In this document: positions 1 to 13,164 of the stretch, piece after piece | Layout: every line of letters begins with the position of its first letter | Position numbering within the stretch: position 1 is the first letter of the stretch | Source of the DNA: Eledone cirrhosa | Lineage: Eukaryota | Assembly (NCBI GenBank): GCA_964016885.1 | Contig: OZ024761.1 | Location: 21,204,001-21,268,000 of the forward strand | Length of the DNA stretch: 64,000 nucleotides | Direction of reading: 5' to 3' | Notes under the pieces: model-generated | What the model was told of the DNA's origin: nothing | The model's database searches: none | Seen by the model: only the letters and a program-made list of their open reading frames with translations | Program-made: the position numbers and the translations under genes

Positions 1-432
1 TTTTTTTTTTTTTTAAATTCTTTAAAAAAAATTTTTTTTTCTTCGAAATTTTATTTTTATTTTTTTTATTTTTATTTTTTTTAATTCATTTTATTTTATT
101 TTTACTTTTTTAAATTCATTTTATTTTATCATTTTTATTTTTTTTTAAATTTTAAAATTTTTTTAATTTAATTTTTTTAATTTTTTTATTTCAATTTATT
201 ATTTAATTATTGCAGGATGTTAAAAGTTAACACTGCAAATTTTCACAACAATCTGTCCACTAGTAAAGACAACACAAACATTTGAATTAACAAACCTGCT
301 TTTTTTTTAAATCTTTTTTTGTGGTAAACCATTACAGAATGTCTAGGGTTAAGACAGTGTGATTTGAGAGAGATTTAGCTGTTGTTTCTAGCCTGTTGTT
401 CTACCACATAGTGGTTCCATCATTAGTGATAA

Positions 433-433
<1 letters not shown>

Positions 434-463
<30 letters not shown>

Positions 464-768
464 GTGTATGTATGTGTGTATATATATATATATGTGTGTG
501 TGTATGTATGTGTGTGTGTATATATATGTGTGTAGGTATGTGTGTGTATATATATATATATATGTGTGTATATATATATGTGTGTATGTATGTGTGTGTA
601 TATATATATATATATATGTGTGTATGTATGTGTGTGTATATATATATATATGTGTGTGTGTATGTATGTGTGTGTATATATATATATATGTGTGTGTGTA
701 TGTATGTGTGTGTATATATATGTGTGTGTATGTATGAGTGTGTGTATATATATATGTGTGTGTATGTA

Positions 769-859
<91 letters not shown>

Positions 860-1042
860 TTATGTATGTGTATGTATGTGTGTGTGTATATATATGTGTG
901 TGTATGTATGTGTGTGTATATATATGTGTGTATGTGTGTGTGTGTATATATATGTGTGTGTATGTATGTGTGTGTATATATATGTGTGTGTATATATATA
1001 TATATATGTGTGTATGTATGTGTGTGTATATATATATATATG
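434..1042. repeat. (TG)/(TA) compound microsatellite (one of dozens in the window)
   Basis: Directly visible. Confidence 0.95.
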
Positions 1043-1089
1043 CGTCTCACTTGGGTTCAACTGAATCAGAAAAATATGGAAAAGTTAAC

Positions 1090-1559
1090 CTTTTTTTGTT
1101 GTCGCTATCAAACTGATCATTGATCTTTTTCGTGGCACGCTGCAACATTTTCAGGTAAGCTGACTGTTCCGACACACTGAGGGTGAGGGGGTGGTTCCGA
1201 AGCATGAACTGAGCAAGGTAGTTTAAGGGGTTGAAATTAGGGCAGACCTCCTTCTGTTCTGTCAGCCCTTTTTTTTCCACTTCTCTCAAGAGTTTCTCGA
1301 CCCCTAACATCAAAGTAGGCAGCAGCTTTTTGACCGTTGCAATAAACGGTGCAGGTGGAGTTTCACCATCCTTAAACCAGTTGTACTGAAAGATGTGCTC
1401 AGGGATCTCGGCAGCCAGAGTAGATATGTAGTCATTGAGCGAGGTGTCTTCACAGTTGCCATATTCTTTCTGCCTGAGGAATTTCTGTAGTGGAAACTCC
1501 TCCGTCTTCAAGTCATAATTGTAGTCTCGTTCGTAAGTAAAAGAATTCATTTCAGACAT
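1090..1559 (-). CDS. EFCAB5: First coding exon of EF-hand calcium-binding domain protein 5-like (N-terminal dimerization/docking-type domain)
   Basis: The translation WFKDG..KLLPTLMLGVEKLLREVEKKGL..FNPLNYLAQFMLRNHP..SAYLKML matches the recalled EFCAB5 motif [39 protein letters not shown]. A poly-T/AG acceptor lies at 1613-1614 (exon starts 1612), ATG at 1559, and candidate donors follow 1090 (AG|GTTAAC) or 1051 (AA|GTGAGA). Confidence 0.85.
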
Positions 1560-1702
1560 TATCAAGAAAAATAACCTCACTCCGCTGTTTTAGTTTGTTA
1601 ATATATTAAAATCTAAAAAAAAAAAAGAGACAAACTGAATTTAGTCACATAATGTAATAAATCTTTTGGACGTAGCAACTGTTTATATATATATATATAT
1701 AT

Positions 1703-1910
1703 CATCATCATCGTTTAACGCCCATCTTCGATGCTAGCATGGGTTTAGACGGGAATTGTACCACTTGAGGCAAGATTGGTTGGGTGACCGTGTTTCGCTC
1801 GTACAGAACTGTTTCTGACAGGTTTTCTACAGCTTGATGCCCTTCCTAATACCAACCACATTTACAGTGTGGACTGGGAGGCTTTTGTCATGTCACCTAC
1901 ACAACCACTT
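1703..1910 (-). mobile_element. RTE-derived short tail element (also about 29560-29668, 32200-32390, 34468-34566, 34790-34972, 44575-44790, 45380-45595, 52612-52703, 61010-61123, 62095-62202)
   Basis: Recurrent (CAT)n-CGTTTAACGTCC..GCTAGCATGGGTTAGACG..GGATGCCCTTCCTAA unit, matching the 3' UTRs of the RTE copies. Confidence 0.75.
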
Positions 1911-2065
1911 TACAGTGGACATAAATGGGAGGATGGGTATATATATATATATATATATTTATTCAATTGAAGAAAGTTGGTTGATTGAAAATCTGCCGAC
2001 TGTTTCTTAACAGATGTTAAATACGTATAACAAAATAGAGATGTACAAATGAAACCGTCTTTCTT

Positions 2066-2119
<54 letters not shown>

Positions 2120-2638
2120 TACATCTAACTTTGTTTCATTGATATCGTATCGTGAAATGCGCTGATTGATGAAATATTTTTTCTTCTCACTTTTCATTTC
2201 TTTTTCTCTGTAAACACAAATAATATTATAATAATAATTTTCTACTTTTTGGCACAAGGCCAGCAATTATTGTGTACAGTGCTCAGGTGCACTACAACTC
2301 ATCAAAGGTGCATGTATAGTACATCCGGACACAACAAGTCTGTGTTAAGGGTAGCGGTGCCAGGGTTTGTGGTGGTGTTGGGGTTTGTGGTGGTGCTAGG
2401 GATGTGGTGGTGGTAGGGATGTAGTGGTGCTAGGGATGTGGTGGTGGTGCTAGGGATGTGGTGGTGCTAGGGACGTGGTGGTGGTAGGGATGCGGTGGTG
2501 GTAGGGATGTGGTGGTGGTAGAGATGTGATGGTGCTAGGGATGTGGTGGTGCCCAAAAGCAACAAACTGAAACCCAAGACCTTTTTATAGTACATCAGAA
2601 ATCCTTGCTAACAGATTCACATGTGTATTCAGATAGTC

Positions 2639-2712
<74 letters not shown>

Positions 2713-2721
2713 TAGATAGAT

Positions 2722-3022
2722 AGATTTCTTTATTAACCACAAGGGCGCACAAGAAAAGGGGACAATACAAAGACATATGGCGGAGGTTTTACATACAGTC
2801 GTGTAAAAATAACAAACAATTTCAACAATCGAAATCCCCAATAGGGGGGAGGCACCACAAATGGGTTGTTTAATACCCCGTAGATAGAACAACCCTCAAC
2901 TCAAGGAGCGTGTTGTGCAAGTGCTCCTTTCTTCCTTTTGCTCTCTTCCTCAACCTACAGGCTTATAAACAGAGAAGGCCCAATCACTCGGGCCATTCTT
3001 GCTACATTCACCCACCTTTCAG
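2722..3022 (-). mobile_element. LINE 3' end (L1/Tx1-like); related copy about 7889-8190
   Basis: The minus strand encodes ERWVNVARMARV (ERWVKVARMARV in the second copy), then a 3' UTR ending AATAAAGAAAT plus (CTAT)n. The clade assignment is tentative. Confidence 0.5.
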
Positions 3023-3190
3023 TAAATTTACTGATAGATAGATAAAATGAATAAGTTAAGTAAATAGAGAGGCAAATACGTTAAATAATAAAACTAAAGA
3101 GAAAATATATCGGCTACGTAGATAACGTAGGTAGAGTGGTAAAATTAGAATGAGAAAAATCTAGTTTTAGAGTCCCTGACATCTACATAC

Positions 3191-3272
<82 letters not shown>

Positions 3273-3681
3273 CTACACACACACATATATATACACACCT
3301 ACACACACACATATATATATATACACCTACACACACACATATATATACACACCTACACACACACATATATATATATACACCTACACACACACATATATAT
3401 ATATACACCTACACACACACATATATATATACACACACCTACACACACACATATATATATATATACACACCTACAGACAGAGTCCCTGACATCTTCACAG
3501 GTACACACCTATACTCTCTCACACACACACACACACACACATATATAAACACACCTACATACATACAGACACTCTCATATGAACACACCTACACTCTCTC
3601 ACACACACACACACACACAGAAACCACAGCTGTAAGGTGATTACGTCACTCACTAACTTACGTATAGTTATATATATATAT

Positions 3682-3734
<53 letters not shown>

Positions 3735-3778
3735 TACATATATATATAGCACACATATAAATATATATATACATACAT

Positions 3779-3843
<65 letters not shown>

Positions 3844-4244
3844 CATACACACGTGTGTGTCTACGTATTTGTTGGGTCGGTCAAGTTACAAAAGTTGGTT
3901 TCTGTTGCTGTGAGCGACTGTGTGTGTATGTGTATATATATATATATATACATATACATACACACATACACACACATACACACATATAATATATACAGTG
4001 CAGGATGTACCATCGTACCTGGGTGTGTTGAAACACAAAACCCTGGAGGGAGGGGGGGGGTCTATTTTCCTGCCAAAAAAAAAATTCTTTACGATGAATT
4101 TTTCAAATGTTTTTCAACCCAATATTTCAACTACTCGTAAATTACCTGGGCATGTACACCTGCCTGCCTGTGTAGGTCTTCCTGGCTATCTCTTTCAGGA
4201 CCCAAATAAGGGTCCTCGTAACTTAACTAGCACAGGGCCTCATT

Positions 4245-4383
4245 TGTCCTGATGATTCCCTTCGAATGAAACAGTTCTAGTCCTGTAGAAGCGATTTCTA
4301 TATTAAATGTTGTTGTATATACTCTAAATAATGTATTGAGTACCTTAGTTACTGTGGTTACCCCCGATTGAACCCGGGACTCA
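4245..4383 (+). mobile_element. PLE-like terminal fragment, family A (other copies about 4695-4750, 16772-16830, 30470-30658, 30895-30952, 56538-56590)
   Basis: Recurrent CTGATGATT..GAATGAAACAGTTCTAGTCCTGTAGAAG..GTATTGAGTACCTTACTTACTGTGGT unit abutting (TA)n. Confidence 0.55.
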
Positions 4384-4749
4384 TATATATATATATAGAG
4401 ATAGATAGATAGATAGATATAGCCGTCGAAACGGCTTGAGCTCTGCCGTCGGGGTCCTGAAATTTTTCCTATAGATAGGTAGGTAGATAGATAGATAGAA
4501 ATGAGGTGTGGTAAGGAACCAGGTGGACCATAACATACCAGAGTACTCAATACTTAGGGTAGTAGAGTGGGTAATAGGAAAAGAGTCAGGACCCCGACGG
4601 CTGAGCTCCGGCCGTTTCAACAGCTAGATCCGAACTAGCTGTCGAAATGCCGGAGCTCAGCCGTCGGGGTCCTGACTCTTTTCCTAGATAGATATGAACC
4701 CTGGGTTCCATCGGGAGTGACCACAGTAAGTAAGGTACTCAATACATTA

Positions 4750-4809
<60 letters not shown>

Positions 4810-4849
4810 GATATTAACAAATGGAAACTATATTTATAAAACCATATTT

Positions 4850-4912
4850 ATTTCATTATACATATTTCAAGGACACCAAGTTAAATTATGGTGTGCTTTC
4901 ATCAGACAAAAT
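4850..4912 (-). ncRNA. Minimal type I hammerhead ribozyme motif (family B)
   Basis: Minus strand reads ATTTTGT-CTGATGA-AAGCACACCA(taatttaact)TGGTGTCCTT-GAAA-TATGTA-TA-ATGAAAT. Confidence 0.7.
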
Positions 4913-5040
4913 ATAATATAGATCAGTTTTATAAGTAAATATTGACATACTCTTAAAACATGCAACGGGAGCTTCCAACAGTAATGGTTGCATTTTTTAA
5001 GGGTATGTCAATATCTATTTATAAAACTGATCTATATTAT

Positions 5041-5103
5041 ATTTTGTCTGATGAAAGCACACCATAATTTAACTTGGTGTCCTTGAAATATGTATAATGA
5101 AAT
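5041..5103 (+). ncRNA. Minimal type I hammerhead ribozyme motif (family B, inverted partner)
   Basis: Same core and stems as 4850-4912, on the plus strand. Confidence 0.7.
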
Positions 5104-5231
5104 AAATATGGTTTTATAAATATAGTTTCCATTTGTTAATATCGTATGCTTACTCCAAATACTTGTTGAGTGCTTTATATCAGTTATAAAAATATTTGCT
5201 TGTTGTATCCCAACAATTTAAATAGAACTTT

Positions 5232-5275
<44 letters not shown>

Positions 5276-5315
5276 CACACCACACACACACATATATATA
5301 TATATATGTACACAC

Positions 5316-5413
<98 letters not shown>

Positions 5414-5644
5414 TCTAGGTTCTTTTTTACTTTTCTTTTTTCGTTCTAATGTTTTAAAATCCCTCGAAATATAAATAAGTCACCCTCGACATAACAACAA
5501 CAACAATAGCAACAATAACAATACTGACAGTGAGTGAAACGAAGACTGGTCGCAGATTTCCTGGCTGAATTTTGTAGTGGTGCTGTTTGGTTGGAGCTTT
5601 GTTGGAGCTTTGTTTAGAAAAGGTGGGTCTTTTCTGTCAATGTC

Positions 5645-6497
5645 TGTGTGTGTGTGTAGAGAGAGTGTGTGTGTGTGTGTGGAGAAAGAGAGAGTGTGTG
5701 TGTGTGTGTGTGTGTGCGATAGAGAGAGAGAGTGTGTGTGTGGAGAAAGAGAGAGTGTGTGTGTGTGTGTGGAGAAAGAGAGAGAGTGTGCGTGTGTGTG
5801 TGTGATAGAGAGAGAGAGTGTGTGTGTCGAGAAAGAGAGTGTGTGTGTGTGCGAGAGAGCGAGTGTGTGTGTGGAGAAAGAGAGAGTGTGTGTGTGTGTG
5901 CGAAAGAGAGAGAGTGTGTGTGGAGAGAGCGAAAGAGAGTGTGTGTGTGGAGAAAGAGAGAGTGTGTGTGTGTGTGAGAGAGAGAGTGTGTGTGTGGAGA
6001 GAGCGAAAGAGAGAGAGTGGGTGTGTGTGGAGAAAGAGAGAGTATGTGTGTGTGCGATAGAGAGAGTGTGTGTGGAGAGAAAGAGAGTGTGTGTGTGTGC
6101 GAGAGAGAGAGTGTGTGTGTGTATGCGATAGAGAGAGAGTGTGTGTGTGCGATAGAGAGAGAGTGTGTGTGTGTGTGCGATAGAGAGAGAGAGTGTGTGT
6201 GTGGAGAAAGAGAGAGTGTGTGTGTGTGTGCGATAGAGAGAGTGTGTGTGTGTGGAGAAAGAGAGAGTGTGTGTGTGTGTGTGCGATAGAGAGAGAGAGA
6301 GTGTGTGTGGAGAAAGAGAGAGTGTGTGTGTGTGTGCGATAGAGAGAGTGTGTGTGTGTGTGCGATAGAGAGAGAGAGAGTGTGTGTGGAGAAAGAGAGA
6401 GTGTGTGTGTGTGTGAGAGAGAGAGAGTGTGTGTGTGTGTGCGATAGAGAGAGAGAGAGTGTGTGTGTGTGCGATAGAGAGAGAGAGAGTGTGTGTG
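5645..6497. repeat. Compound (GT)n/(GA)n satellite
   Basis: Repeating GGAGAAAGAGAG and GCGATAGAGAG modules in GT runs. Confidence 0.95.
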
Positions 6498-7017
6498 CCG
6501 GTGAAACTAGAGTTAAAAGAAAGCTCACCTCTTTAAATGAACATTTCAAAAACTCGACTGTGGTAGGGTATTGAGTACTATCTTACACCAACAACACAAT
6601 ACATAGGCATCTCTCTCTCTCTCTATTATATATATGGCATTGATAAAGATGCTGGGTCCGTCAACTCCTTATTATATATATATATATATATAGTGAAAGA
6701 ATATATATATATATAATTGTTTCTACTTTTGGCACAAGGCCAGCAATAACCCAGTGCATTACTGGTACTTTATTTTATCGACCCCGTAAGGATGAAAAGC
6801 AAAGTTAACCTCGGCGGGATTTGAACTCAGATCATAAAGAGACGTAACTCTTTGCTACAAAGCATGGCGTCCGACTCTCTACCGACACTGCCAATCCAAT
6901 ATAGTAATTAGTCGACGGACCCAGCATATTTATCGATGCCAAGACCGGTTGTATCTCATATATATAAACGAGAGGTATAAGTCAACATTTCATAATTTAC
7001 TTCTTTCATTACCTTGA

Positions 7018-7051
<34 letters not shown>

Positions 7052-7054
<3 letters not shown>

Positions 7055-7212
7055 CAAAGGAAGTGTTGTAAGGAACCAGGTGGACCATAACACACCAGAT
7101 TACTCGATACTTTGGGTAGTAGAGTGGGTAATAGGAAAAGAGTCAGGACCCCGACGGCTGAGCTCCGGCCGTTTCGACTCCGGAGCTCAGCCGTCGGGGT
7201 CCTGACTCTTTT

Positions 7213-7215
<3 letters not shown>
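7052..7215. mobile_element. Family D fold-back element (copies about 4421-4685, 8751-8891, 30691-30870, 32436-32612, 48051-48182)
   Basis: Shared GTGGTAAGGAACCAGGTGGACCATAAC..GGACCCCGACGGCT..GAAACGGC..AGCCGTCGGGGTCC sequence, always between (TA)n runs. Confidence 0.65.
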
Positions 7216-7256
<41 letters not shown>

Positions 7257-8224
7257 GTAGAGAGTCAATGCCCGGCGGCTGAGCGCTTGCCTTTTCGATA
7301 GCCAATAGGAAACTTTATATAAATATATACACACACGCACGTGTTTGTCTTGCTTGCTTTTTTTGTTTGTTTCTTTCTTTCTTTGGTTTGTGGGTTTGTG
7401 TGAGGGTTTGCCGGGTCTTCAAACTTTTAAGAGTACTCAATAAATAAATAACCTAGACCTAGTATGAGAAAAATAATAATAACTAAACAAAGAACCAGTG
7501 GTCTCATTTTTTAGAGAATATCGATTATTGGTCGGTGAATGTTAAGTTTTTTAAGAAAGACGAACTGTGACGAAATAAGAAAGGGTTTATTTTATTTTTA
7601 GTTTTTTCTTTGTTGATTTTTTTGTTTGTTTGTTAACTCTTGTTTGTGTTGTCATTGGCAACGGCTCTGGTAATCTGGAGTTGGTTGTGTGTGTGTGTGT
7701 GTTTGTGTGTGTTGAGTGTGTGTATTGTGTTTGTGTGTGTTGAGTGTGTGTGTGTGGTGTTTGTGTGTGTTGAGTGTGTGTGTGTGGTGTTTGTGTGTGT
7801 GTGTATTGTGTTTGAGTGTGTGTGTGTTGTTTGTGTGTGTTGTTTGTGTTTGTGTGTATTGAGTGTGTGTGTAGATAGATACATAGATATATTTCTATTT
7901 ATTGCCAGGAGGGTGCAAAAGAAGGGGACAAATACAAGGGGGAGTTTACACAAAAAGGCGAGTAAAGAAAACAAATAACAAATATAAAATTAACAATAAA
8001 GTCCTCAATAGGGAGGAGGCGTTTTGGGGGATCGCGCACACCCCCGAAAAAAGTGTGCAACCCTTCTCCTGAGGAGCACAGAGAGGGGGTGCTCCCTCAT
8101 TCGTTCCTCTTTTCTACCTACAGGCTGGTGTAGAGAGAAGGCCTATTCACACGGGCCATTCTCGCCACTTTCACCCACCTTTCATAAAAACGACTGGGGT
8201 GGAGCACCTCTCTCTCCATCCTGT

Positions 8225-8262
<38 letters not shown>

Positions 8263-8640
8263 GAAACAGACAGACAGACAGACAGATGGACAGAGAGACA
8301 GATGGACAGTGGTCAGAAGGTCTTCAGAGAAGAAACCTCGCCTCAAATAAGTGTTTTGGCCCATAACTTCTAGATAGACAGATATATATATATAGAAAGA
8401 GATAGATATAGAGAGAGAGATAGATATATAGAGAGATATATATATATATATAGAGAGAGAGAGATATATAGAGAGATAGATAGAGATAGATATATATAGA
8501 GAGAGATAGATATATATAGAGAGAAAAAGATATATAGAGATATAGATGATAGATATATAGAGAGAGAGGTTGATATAGAGAGATAGATAGATTTCTTTAT
8601 TTATTGATAGACATCACAGTACAACAGGAGGAAACATAAT

Positions 8641-8686
8641 AGTACCACTGATGATGTTGCAGATGTGCAACGAAAGAACTTTGTTA
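8641..8686 (+). ncRNA. Slightly degenerate minimal hammerhead motif
   Basis: TACCA-CTGATGA-T-GTTGCA(gatg)TGCAAC-GAAA-GAAC-TT-TGTTA. Stem I pairs at 4 of 5 positions. Confidence 0.5.
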
Positions 8687-8907
8687 GACTATATATATGT
8701 ATTTATATCTGTATATATATATTTATATATTTATATCTGTATATATATATAACAAAGGAATTGTGGTAAGGAACCAGGTGGACCATAACGCACCAGAGTA
8801 CTCAATACTTAGGGTAGTAGAGTGGGTAATAGGAGTCCAGAAATAGCCGTCAAAGCGGCTTGAGCTCTGCCGTCGGGGTCATACTTGTTCCTATATATAT
8901 ATATCTG

Positions 8908-8938
<31 letters not shown>

Positions 8939-8961
8939 CTGTATATATATATATATTTATA

Positions 8962-9004
<43 letters not shown>

Positions 9005-9077
9005 CTGTATATATATATATTTATATCTGTATATATATATATTTATATCTGTATATATATATATATAATTATATCTG

Positions 9078-9241
<164 letters not shown>

Positions 9242-9262
9242 CTGTATATATATATATATATA

Positions 9263-9761
9263 TTTCGTTTCTGAATTTGTTTAGCAAGATTCTTTATCTG
9301 AAATCGTGTGTTGAAACCGATATTGTTATACTTTGGGAGGGTCATGTTGCCAATAAGAAACACACGCACCAGTTGCTTTCACTTCAATTTAATTTAATAT
9401 ATATTTATAAATTTACAAATTTATAAATTTTCTGGTTGGTTGGTTGGTTCCACAACCAGATAGTTGTTTATATATATATAGTCATAGTTCTTTCGTCACA
9501 CACTCTGTGACCTCTTCAGTGACTGGGGATTTCTTTCTTCGTTTCTGTGCCTTTCCTTTCTTCTATCCTACGCCATTTTGTTTGTGTGTGGGTTGCGTGC
9601 TCAGTTTGCGCATGCGCCACATCCGGGTGTCTGTGTGTGTTTGTGTTCATTTTTCTATTTTTTTATTTTTATATTAAATATATATTAAATTAAATTGAAG
9701 TGAAAGCAACTGGTGCGTGTGTTTCTTATTGGCAACATGACCCTCCCAAAGTATAACAATA
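9263..9761. mobile_element. Family C element with inverted arms (about 9321-9403 / 9680-9761); second copy 47881-48020
   Basis: The inverted repeat is directly visible and is flanked by (TA)n. Its spacer contains a hammerhead. Confidence 0.65.
9480..9524 (-). ncRNA. Minimal type I hammerhead ribozyme motif
   Basis: Minus strand reads AGTCA-CTGAAGA-G-GTCACA(gagtg)TGTGAC-GAAA-GAAC-TA-TGACT, with perfect stems I and II. Confidence 0.8.
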
Positions 9762-9803
9762 TATATATATATTTATATCTGTATATATATATATATATTT
9801 ATA

Positions 9804-9870
<67 letters not shown>

Positions 9871-9873
9871 CTG

Positions 9874-9934
<61 letters not shown>

Positions 9935-11322
9935 CTGTATATATCTATATATATATTTATATCTGTATTTTTAACCGTTGGTCAGTCAATGATAAACATT
10001 GATTGCCAAATAAATTAACTATGGAGATATAAAAGATACAGAAGCGAAAACCAACCAAACAGTGAGTGTGTTCTGTTATTAATTCTGGCAATATTATTAC
10101 AACAATATGACCCTCCCCAAGTATAACAATAGATAGATAGGTGTATTTATTATGAATATAGAAGTAATTGGAGTAGATAGACAAGAGGGCAGAATTTAGA
10201 TTTATATGTCTGAGCATGTTGTAAATGATTTGGCTTATGTGTGTGAGTGTCTGTATGTATATGTGTGTATGTGTCTGTTTTGTTTGTTCAAACAGCAACC
10301 AATTGTGTGTGTGAGTGTGTATGTGTATATATGTGTTCATGTATGCATGTCTCTGTGTGTATGTATGCGTGTCTCTGTATATATATATATATATGTATCT
10401 GTATGTGTCTCCATTTTGTTTGTTCAAACAACAACAACCAATTTTAAACAGATATACTGTTCTTGTTGTTGTCACTGTTGTTATTGTTGTTGTTGTGCAA
10501 TATCTAAATATTTTCCTTATATGGAAATTAATTAATTACTGATGACATCTACATCAACAGCAGGACCACACACTGTCTAGAAGAGGGGTTGATTATATTG
10601 AGACCAGTGTATTACTGGTACTGACTTTACTGCTTAACTCACCACCCACCCCACCTAGCCCCCAATAACCTCCACTAACAGTACCACTACATTAATACCA
10701 ACGCCACACCACAACATCTGTCCCCCAATCATCACCACCACAACACCAACACCACTACCACAACACCAACACCACCACCACCACAACACCACCACCACAA
10801 CACCAACACCACTACCAACAGCACTACCACCACAACACCACTACCACCTGTCCTCCAATCACCAACACCACCACCACCTGTCCCCCAATCACCAACACCA
10901 CACCACACCACCACCACCTGTCCCCCAATCACCAACACCACACCACCAACACCACCACCACAACACCAACACCACCACCTGTCCCCCAATCACCAATACC
11001 ACACCACCACCACCCCTCCACTGAAAGATGAAAGACAAACTCAGCAGCTTTGACAAGATTTCAACTGTGGATTTAAATAAATATTGATTTTTTTTTATTT
11101 ATCCTGGTTTATCCGATTCATCAATTTTTATTGAACACTTTCTGGTGGGTTGTTGAGGGTCAGTGAGGGCTTATAGAGTGATAACCCTTGCAACTTCTTT
11201 TTCCATCTTTTAAGGGTTCTCACACTATTTTATAAGATATTTCGTAGCATTTATGCATTGGAGCACATCATCCTTTATATATATATATCCTTCATATATG
11301 TGTATATATATATATATATACT

Positions 11323-11612
11323 CTACCATATTCTGAACGCCTTGCTTCCCTGGGCATGGATACATTGAAGCTGTGGGTGTTAACCATCTTGCCAACAACA
11401 ACCCTGAGTACCTTTTTGATCTCCATGTGTCTAACACAAGTGGGCATGCCTACAAAGTCAGAAAACAGCACAGCTCCCATGACTTCCGGAAACATTTTTT
11501 CACGCTCAGAGTTGCTGAAGCATGGAACAAACTACCTGCATCAGTTGTTAGCTGCTGGGACACTGCATCCTTTAAAACCCCCATGCTTCCTGAGATTCAC
11601 CAACACTATACC
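11323..11612 (+). mobile_element. CR1/L2-type LINE 3' fragment
   Basis: The translation TSGHAYKVRKQHSSHDFRKHFFTLRVAEAWNKLP matches the CR1-type RT C-terminal motif. Confidence 0.8.
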
Positions 11613-13164
11613 TAATGTTCCCCCTCCATACAGGACTGGGGTCCCTATCATTAAATCACCCAAGACACCTTGGAGGAGGCCAGCTAAACCTGCATAGGTG
11701 TGAGCTGTCACAGCAACAGCAATGTCTGTTTTCCCTGTTATATATATAGAGAGAGCCAAAATAAATTTACTGATTACAAATGGCCAACATTTTGAACATT
11801 TAATGTATATAAACTTACTTGAATTGCCTTTGTATAACTTTTGGAATAAAATCTAATAACTCTATGGTTTCTTGTTTATTGTTTTTTTTTTAATTTAAGC
11901 ACAAAGTCAGCAAATTTTTGGGGAAAGGCAAAGACTTGAGTTCAAATCTTGCCGAGGTCAACTTTACCTTTCATCCTTCCAGGGTTGATAAAGTAAAGCC
12001 TTGCATTGTCCCGAAAACCCTGAGTGAGTTGTAGGTGTGCTATATTGGTATACAGCGTGTCTTTGGGTAATTTTAAACCTAGCGGAGCCCAATCTCCTCT
12101 TCAGGTCTGGATTTAGCAGATTTCTTCCAAAGAGAGTGAGAGATATAGAGGTAGAATTGACTCCAGTATTTCACTGGTACTTTAATTATCGACTTTAAAT
12201 GGATGAAAGGCAAAGTTAACTTCACCAGGATTTGAACTCAGATATCACAGAACTGAAACAAAATACTTCACAGCATTCTACCCAAAATTCTAATAACTAT
12301 GCCAAATTTTCTAGGAGTTGATAAAGAAAAGTACCAGTTATGAACTGGGGTTAATATAAATAACTTTCCACTTGCCCATAAATTGATGTCAGTGTTAGAA
12401 AGAATTATATTTCAGTCCACAAATTTCCAGAAAAGCCATTAATATTCGTAGTAATATATTCGAATGACACGACAATAAAATATTTATAGCAAATATTATA
12501 TTTTATGCTGCAGATGGTTCCATTTCTGTGAGGTGTATGACAAATTGTTGTTTAATATTGATGAAGGATGACAGTATATGATACGTGTTTCTGGTGTGTT
12601 GAGTTATTCACAGAGAAAATTAATTTGCCAAAAGAATTTCACCTTTTTTCAAATGAGATTTTAAAATTCGGAATAAAATACATCAACACATATCTATACC
12701 AACAGTCTTCTTTCTGTCTAGTACCCAGTATTTAGTTCTTCCTTTCTTACACCCAGTATTTAGATCTTTCTCTCTAGCACCCAGTATCCTCTCTTCTTCT
12801 CTTACACACCACATTCAATTCTTCTTATGCCAAACTCTGGAGAGAATTAGAAAGGTAAGTTGACTCAGGTGGAGACAGGTGCTAATGACAAGACCTGCTG
12901 GAGGGTGTGCTTGTGGACTCAGCCCCATGGCCATCTAAGGAAATAAATGGGAAACGAAGAAGACTCAGACCCAGGTGGAATTTGAACTCGTAACATAAAA
13001 AGCAGGTAAGGTGGCTTGCACTTGGGGTTTCTGAACGCCAGAGAATGTTCTACACCACCTAGTTATTACCAGGTAGCAATGAGAGTTTTCTTTATTATAA
13101 TGTTACTTATATTTTATTAAAGTGTAACTATCAACATAATATTACAAATAGAAAGAAAAAAGAT

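Larger units (their letters stand above)
4807..5235. mobile_element. PLE-like family B element with inverted duplication (other copies 23321-23520, 60275-60660)
   Basis: Arms of about 150 bp (4807-4955 versus 4987-5146) are inverted and each carries a hammerhead. The unit is bounded by (TA)n. Confidence 0.65.

Noticed and set aside
11819-11852. Possible minus-strand non-coding EFCAB5 exon (donor AA|GTAAGT)
   Set aside because: The acceptor lacks a polypyrimidine tract and the exon cannot be supported without transcripts.
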